DNA of 37,637 nucleotides from a virus: IMG/VR virus record IMGVR_UViG_3300009285_000033, positions 1 to 37,637 of that record; one strand, 5' to 3'. Shown piece by piece: positions 33,083 to 37,637 of this stretch (position 1 is its first letter; each line of letters starts with the position of its first letter). The notes under the pieces were generated by a model. It saw only the letters and a program-made list of their open reading frames with translations, ran no database searches and was not told where the DNA came from. The position numbers and the translations under genes were made by a program.

Positions 33083-33232
33083 ATGATAACTTTAATTGAT
33101 ACTTATACGAACAAAAAACACTACGCAAAAACTGTAGAAGATTGGGGAAATCATTGGGCAAGTATGGTTAAGACTAAAGAGGGAATGAAATTAAAAAAGA
33201 TGTTTATAAAGACTAGATTTAAGAAAATATGA
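33083..33232 (+). CDS. hypothetical 49-aa basic protein (possibly leaderless)
   Basis: Read by hand (MITLIDTYTNKKHYAKTVEDWGNHWASMVKTKEGMKLKKMFIKTRFKKI); ATGA overlap with the next gene. Confidence 0.45.
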   Translation: MITLIDTYTNKKHYAKTVEDWGNHWASMVKTKEGMKLKKMFIKTRFKKI

Positions 33233-33459
33233 AGAAACCTATATATATTGATGGCAAGTTTGTCCAGGTTGGGGATACCATATTTTCAGACGAATATGTG
33301 ATGGCAATACATCCATACCAAGGAAGCGAAATTGTAATAGGGAACAATGGAAAAGTAATTTCGGTGATTGGAGATTTTGTAAGGTTTAATTACAAGAGTG
33401 TAACAGGGATATATTTAAGAACGGGAGGCTCAACCAATGATAAAAATAATGAAATCTGA
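33229..33459 (+). CDS. hypothetical protein
   Basis: 76-aa ORF in the AT-rich island. Confidence 0.55.
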   Translation: MKKPIYIDGKFVQVGDTIFSDEYVMAIHPYQGSEIVIGNNGKVISVIGDFVRFNYKSVTGIYLRTGGSTNDKNNEI

Positions 33460-33700
33460 CTATTATCAATTACCAATAGGAATGAAAAAAGTTTATGGCA
33501 TAGATAAAAATGGCATTAAATATGAAGCTATGACAGTAGATATAATTACGGAAATTGTAAGCCTTATTGAAAATTATAAAAAGCCTTCAACAATACACAC
33601 TGAAATACACAAAAACCACCAAGATTTATACGATAGTGCTTTCATTGAGGGTTGGAATTTTGCATTAGACAAAGTTATTAAACGCTTGCTAAAAATATGA
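33437..33700 (+). CDS. hypothetical protein
   Basis: 87-aa ORF (alternative start 33449). Confidence 0.55.
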   Translation: MIKIMKSDYYQLPIGMKKVYGIDKNGIKYEAMTVDIITEIVSLIENYKKPSTIHTEIHKNHQDLYDSAFIEGWNFALDKVIKRLLKI

Positions 33701-33987
33701 AAATAATAAAGTGTAAATATTGTAGCAAAGAGGCTAGACGCACTGGTTTTAAATACGGAATAGACATTTGTGCTGGTTGTTTTTTCAAAAAAAGAAAGAC
33801 CTTTGAACCCACTTATGAACCTACCTATTGGATTGACAAAATGGGTTTCCCTAATCGTAAAAGATACGAAGAATTACTTGAAGCTGAAGAAAAACAAGAC
33901 CAGATATTTACTTTCTCTTGGGGGGCTATCTTATTCTTGCTAGTTTGTTTGGTTGGCGTTTTATTACTGCTTATTTTTGTAAAATGA
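33697..33987 (+). CDS. zinc-ribbon protein with C-terminal transmembrane helix
   Basis: CKYC...CAGC pairs and a GAILFLLVCLVGVLLLLIFV tail. Confidence 0.55.
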   Translation: MKIIKCKYCSKEARRTGFKYGIDICAGCFFKKRKTFEPTYEPTYWIDKMGFPNRKRYEELLEAEEKQDQIFTFSWGAILFLLVCLVGVLLLLIFVK

Positions 33988-34859
33988 AATACACAATTAA
34001 ACATTTACGAGCCGAGTTCGGAACTGATGCTAAATGTTTGCAGTTTGTTTTTGACAACAGATGTGGTAAAGACTTCACTTGCCCTCAATGCAAAACTAAG
34101 GGTAAGTTCTATCTCATTGAGAGCCGAAAGCGGTTTGATTGTGTCTGTGGCTTTACAGTTTCGCCTCTAAGCGGGACTATCTTTCATAAGTCCTCTACAC
34201 CATTAACTTTGTGGTTTCACTCTATGTTCTTGTTTGCTTCAAGCCGAAATGGGGTATCCGCAAAAGAATTGGAAAGACAGCTTGGCGTTACCTACAAATG
34301 TGCGTGGAGGCTTGCAAAGCAAATTAGAATACTCTTTGCACAATCTAATAACCCACTATCGGGAGTAGTTGAGGCAGACGAAACTTACATAGGCGGTATT
34401 CGTAAGGGCAAGCGTGGCCGTGGTGCTTCCAACAAAACAGCAGTATTCGGAATAGTAAAGCGTAAGGGTGAAGTTAGAGCCGAAGTCGTTGATAGCATTG
34501 ATATTAAAACCATACAGCCAATCATTGATAGGCAAGTAACTAAGGGGTCAAGTATCGTTACTGACGAATACAATGTTTACAACCGAGTTAAAAAGAGTGG
34601 CTACGAACACTACACAATCCAGCACGGCATTGGTGAGTATGTAAGGGGGTTAGTTCATTCTAACTCTATTGAGGGCTTTTGGTCGCAGTTAAAGAGGTCC
34701 ATTAACGGGACACACCACTCGGTATCACCGAAGTATCTACAACTTTATCTTGACGAGTTTGTTTGGCGTTATTCTCACCGAGGACAATCTTTGTTTCCTT
34801 TAATGCTTGCAACGGCTGTGAAGCCAGTTTCAGCAAATTATGAAAGGACTTTTTCGTGA
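33984..34859 (+). CDS. IS1595-family (ISXO2-like) DDE transposase homolog, no detectable IS ends
   Basis: N-terminal zinc ribbon CPQC...CVCG; VVEADETYIGG, IVTDEYNVY and HSNSIEGFWSQLKR (D, D, E plus K 7 residues later); ATGA-coupled to the upstream gene. Confidence 0.8.
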   Translation: MKYTIKHLRAEFGTDAKCLQFVFDNRCGKDFTCPQCKTKGKFYLIESRKRFDCVCGFTVSPLSGTIFHKSSTPLTLWFHSMFLFASSRNGVSAKELERQLGVTYKCAWRLAKQIRILFAQSNNPLSGVVEADETYIGGIRKGKRGRGASNKTAVFGIVKRKGEVRAEVVDSIDIKTIQPIIDRQVTKGSSIVTDEYNVYNRVKKSGYEHYTIQHGIGEYVRGLVHSNSIEGFWSQLKRSINGTHHSVSPKYLQLYLDEFVWRYSHRGQSLFPLMLATAVKPVSANYERTFS

Positions 34860-34880
34860 GCATATTAACAGTATATCACA

Positions 34881-35147
34881 ATGACAATACCTGCTATGAG
34901 GGGATACTTACCTAAAATTATGTTGGAAATGATTAAAGAGCAGGTGGAAAAAAATAACCAGAGAGATATAAATTTTATAAATGCACAGTTGTTTGTAAAA
35001 AAAGAGAAACAAATCAAACACCGTATTGCAAAACTTCTTGCCGACGGTTGTCCTGGTCGTTTTGTCATAATTCCAGTTGAGGGAGGGAAAGACATCAAAC
35101 TGGACAAATTAGAGATGGTCAATGCTATTTATTCTCTGATTAAATGA
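34881..35147 (+). CDS. hypothetical protein
   Basis: 88-aa ORF, last AT-rich gene of the island. Confidence 0.55.
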   Translation: MTIPAMRGYLPKIMLEMIKEQVEKNNQRDINFINAQLFVKKEKQIKHRIAKLLADGCPGRFVIIPVEGGKDIKLDKLEMVNAIYSLIK

Positions 35148-35359
35148 ACAAAGACATCAAAAACGCTTACTTAGGAGTACTCATGCAACACAAGGGTGAG
35201 ATAGTTGTCCTACAGCGTGAGGAGCAGATCGAGAATGCTTGTATTACCTACCTTGCCGCCCTACACGATGTTCCGGCTCCCGATCTGGCTCGCGCCATTG
35301 AGATAGTGGTCGAAAGACTCAAGAACCCACCTAAAGCCAGTGAGGAAGCCTCGTCATAG
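35144..35359 (+). CDS. hypothetical protein
   Basis: 71-aa ORF, ATGA overlap. Confidence 0.55.
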   Translation: MNKDIKNAYLGVLMQHKGEIVVLQREEQIENACITYLAALHDVPAPDLARAIEIVVERLKNPPKASEEASS

Positions 35360-35409
35360 GCACCTTGCCTCACTGGTGTTAAGTGTGCTTTTAGGTTCAA
35401 ATGATGGAC

Positions 35410-35438
35410 TTGACACCTATACCTATCTATGTTAGTCT
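35410..35438 (+). promoter_or_regulatory. promoter TTGACA-N17-TAGTCT with conserved TACCTATCTATG spacer
   Basis: Spacer CCTATACCTATCTATGT; AGGTA at 35441-45 is a partial inverted partner of TACCT. Confidence 0.55.
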
Positions 35439-35467
35439 AAAGGTAGTTATTAAAAACAAGGATAAAA

Positions 35468-35695
35468 ATGACAACCAAATACGACCTACTCCACGACGAC
35501 ATCCTGGAGACGATTAAAAAGTACAACCCTGAGTACGTGGAACTGTCCACGGATGGCAAGTGGTTGATTGAGGATCTCATTGATAGTGTTGAGACTTTCG
35601 AGAAAGAGTGCAATGAGGACGACCCCCAACGAGAAACTCTAGATGAGATTGTGCGCCAAAACTGCAAGGGATTATCATTTGGTCAAAATATATGA
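35468..35695 (+). CDS. hypothetical acidic protein
   Basis: 75-aa ORF with upstream AAGGA. Confidence 0.55.
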   Translation: MTTKYDLLHDDILETIKKYNPEYVELSTDGKWLIEDLIDSVETFEKECNEDDPQRETLDEIVRQNCKGLSFGQNI

Positions 35696-36216
35696 AATAC
35701 GTTAATGTAAAATACCGAAAAAACAACGGTCAGTTTAAATCTCACCAACCTCTCAATCCTATCGTCGGTGTGATCTTCTTGATCGTCCTGGCTCTCCTAC
35801 TCGCTCTCTCCTACTACAAACAGGAAAATGAGCGCCCCCTCATTTCCCCCCTCGCGGATGGTGTCATGCCGGTCTACGCCAAAGAGCCGGAAGTGGTGAT
35901 CAGTTGCGACAACCCTCGCGGGTATCTTGAATGCCTCGCTTATCAGAAAGTTATCAGTTGGGACCAGTACAGGATCATGGAAGCCATCGCAGAGGCCGAG
36001 AGTCACTTCAATGAGAACGCGATCCACTTAAACGAAGATTCGATCGACAGGGGAATTTTTCAAATCAACAGTAAATTCCACAAGAAATTAACCAATGTCG
36101 AGGCTTTCCAGTTCAAGAGAAATATCGACTACGCCATTAAAGTCATGAAGAGTTCCGGCTACACCCAATGGGCGGCCTACAAGAACGGCAGTTACAAACA
36201 ATACTTAGACAAATAA
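35692..36216 (+). CDS. membrane-anchored lytic transglycosylase (SLT domain)
   Basis: N-terminal TM VGVIFLIVLALLLAL; IAEAESHFNENA...DRGIFQINSKFH matches the SLT E-S / GLFQI core. Confidence 0.8.
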   Translation: MKYVNVKYRKNNGQFKSHQPLNPIVGVIFLIVLALLLALSYYKQENERPLISPLADGVMPVYAKEPEVVISCDNPRGYLECLAYQKVISWDQYRIMEAIAEAESHFNENAIHLNEDSIDRGIFQINSKFHKKLTNVEAFQFKRNIDYAIKVMKSSGYTQWAAYKNGSYKQYLDK

Positions 36217-36217
36217 C

Positions 36218-36652
36218 ATGATCGAAAAATGCCCCCAATGTGGCGCTTCAATGCACAAATACTGGCACCGGCTCACTCCTGGTCTTGTTAGGACTCTCGT
36301 AGAGGTCTACAAGCATGTATCTAGCGCCGGAGAGAACCACTTCTCCAAGAAAGATCTACGTCTATCTCACAGTCAATACGGAAACTTCCAAAAGTTGAGA
36401 TTTCATGCTCTTATTGCAAAATTCAAGATTAACGATCTTTGGACCCGCGGAGAATGGGTACTCACCCGCAGGGGGGCTGACTTCCTCAAGGGACAGATCC
36501 AAGTGCCGGTAAAGGTTCAGACATTCCGAAACAAGGTCACAGATCACGACACCGAATTAGTCACCGTCAGAGACGTTATGAAGTCTGAACCCTACTGGGA
36601 AAAGGATTTTGAGTACGATGTTTTTGAGCCAAAACAAACCACTCTACTCTAG
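36218..36652 (+). CDS. zinc-ribbon plus probable winged-helix DNA-binding protein
   Basis: CPQCGASMHKYWHRLTPGLVRTLVEVY; functional call is weak. Confidence 0.45.
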   Translation: MIEKCPQCGASMHKYWHRLTPGLVRTLVEVYKHVSSAGENHFSKKDLRLSHSQYGNFQKLRFHALIAKFKINDLWTRGEWVLTRRGADFLKGQIQVPVKVQTFRNKVTDHDTELVTVRDVMKSEPYWEKDFEYDVFEPKQTTLL

Positions 36653-36691
36653 CCCCACTACCAACCAAATTAAAAAAAGGAGATAAATAAA

Positions 36692-36868
36692 ATGAAACTA
36701 CTAAACAAAATTATGTCCAAGTTCGGTTACTTTCCTAGAAACAAATTTGGTGAACTTCTTACGGAATTGGTTAGAGAATCAGCTTACAGAGGCGGTGAGG
36801 TTCTTGAAACTGAGTATTTTGGTCTATTTATTAAAGTGTCAGCCAAAGACCCACACAAACTTAACTAA
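36692..36868 (+). CDS. hypothetical 58-aa protein
   Basis: Read by hand; strong AAGGAG Shine-Dalgarno 7 nt upstream of ATG 36692; below the ORF-track cutoff. Confidence 0.55.
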   Translation: MKLLNKIMSKFGYFPRNKFGELLTELVRESAYRGGEVLETEYFGLFIKVSAKDPHKLN

Positions 36869-36873
36869 CCCCC

Positions 36874-37248
36874 ATGCCCACAAACAGTAAAGCAATGACA
36901 ATAGAACAACAAGTCCCGTCATTAGAGCTATGTAAAAGATTAAAGGAATTAGGGTATCCACAGAATAGTTTGTTCTATTGGGTGATAGAAGAATTACATC
37001 AAGAATTTGCCATAGTTGTATATAGATGCGGATGTGAGAAAGGACTCATTACCTCAAAAAGTTACTCTGCCCCCACAGTCGCAGAGCTAGGGGAGATGTT
37101 GCCTCCCAAACAGCCCAACTTTCCTATTAAGTTTGACAAATGGAGAACTATAATGGGTAACTTTGAAGTCATAAGTGCTGATACCGAGGCGGATGCTAGG
37201 GCTAAGGTAATGATTTATTTATTAGAAAACAAACTAATTAACCTATGA
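36874..37248 (+). CDS. hypothetical protein
   Basis: 124-aa ORF. Confidence 0.55.
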   Translation: MPTNSKAMTIEQQVPSLELCKRLKELGYPQNSLFYWVIEELHQEFAIVVYRCGCEKGLITSKSYSAPTVAELGEMLPPKQPNFPIKFDKWRTIMGNFEVISADTEADARAKVMIYLLENKLINL

Positions 37249-37577
37249 CCAAAACAGACATGAAAAAAAATGAACCTATGGCTATTTTACCAACGACAAC
37301 TACGCTCTACTGTATGACTTGTAATCAAGAACTTGAGCCGAGAAGACTTTGTAGGTGTTCTCAACATGAGAAGATGAAAACAATAACTGAAAAAAGAATA
37401 AGGGAGATTATCCGAGAGGAAATAGCCAAGATACCCCCGACTTTTATTCCTTATCCTCAACCATATCAGATTCAGCCAAATTATCAACAAGGCTATTGGT
37501 GTCCTTTTTGCCAAAGATACAACTGTGGACAGACTCATGTTACTTGTAAAAACAATAACCCCTATGACAGACTATAA
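37245..37577 (+). CDS. hypothetical Cys-rich protein spanning the circular junction
   Basis: 110-aa ORF, CMTC...CRC and CPFC...C..THVTC clusters; the stop lies inside the 77-bp overlap (equivalent to position 17). Confidence 0.55.
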   Translation: MTKTDMKKNEPMAILPTTTTLYCMTCNQELEPRRLCRCSQHEKMKTITEKRIREIIREEIAKIPPTFIPYPQPYQIQPNYQQGYWCPFCQRYNCGQTHVTCKNNNPYDRL

Positions 37578-37637
37578 AGAAAAGAAGATAAACATCGCCA
37601 CAGGATTAGGAATACTCATCCTCGGTCTAGGAATTGG
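37561..37637. repeat. Second copy of the 77-bp terminal overlap
   Basis: Identical to 1..77. Confidence 0.95.

Noticed and set aside
33984-34859. Active IS1595 insertion sequence (mobile element call)
   Set aside because: No inverted repeats or target duplication were found next to the ORF or at the island borders, and the gene is ATGA-coupled to its neighbour. It is reported as a transposase homolog CDS instead.
1-37637. CRISPR array, diversity-generating retroelement or retron
   Set aside because: There are no spaced direct repeats of CRISPR type and no reverse-transcriptase-like ORF. The only tandem repeat is the 18-bp coding repeat at 22221-22288.

Overview
The window is a complete, circularly closed dsDNA phage genome. 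Bases 1-77 are identical to 37561-37637, so the unique length is about 37,560 bp. All convincing genes lie on the + strand, many linked by ATGA start/stop overlaps. The late module (about 3.65-29.5 kb) holds small and large terminase, portal, scaffold and major capsid protein. It continues with capsid-accessory genes, an embedded sugar-modification operon (double GT-A glycosyltransferase plus methyltransferase fusion, SDR epimerase/dehydratase, two micro membrane peptides) and tail/adaptor-like proteins. It ends with a tail fibre, a glycine-rich fibre-like protein, two large internal/ejection-type proteins and a lysis cassette (Amidase_3-like endolysin plus small membrane proteins). One of the large proteins is 1453 aa and carries a diphtheria-toxin/PARP-like ADP-ribosyltransferase signature. 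No tape measure or tail tube is seen, so the gene content looks podovirus-like. The early/middle region runs from about 29.55 kb through the circular junction to about 3.5 kb and is split into short operons driven by near-consensus sigma70 promoters. Four of these promoters share a conserved TACCTATCTATG spacer. This region encodes ERF-type annealase, YqaJ exonuclease, a NinB-like protein and an AT-rich island with its own promoter and an IS1595-type transposase homolog. It also encodes a TM-anchored SLT transglycosylase, YbcO/HNH-like and VRR-NUC nucleases, a 90-nt tRNA-like gene with an abnormal anticodon arm and a ParB-domain/DNA-methyltransferase fusion. I could not recognise a DNA polymerase, primase, helicase, RNA polymerase, integrase or repressor. 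Functional calls rest on motif reading of the translations, not on searches. Items most worth follow-up are the ART-like module in the giant virion protein, the glycan operon inside the structural module and the AT-rich transposase island. Also worth follow-up are the atypical tRNA-like gene, the shared promoter-spacer operator, the structured non-coding RNA candidates (including a 36-nt polypurine tract) and the tandem in-frame stop codons of late genes.
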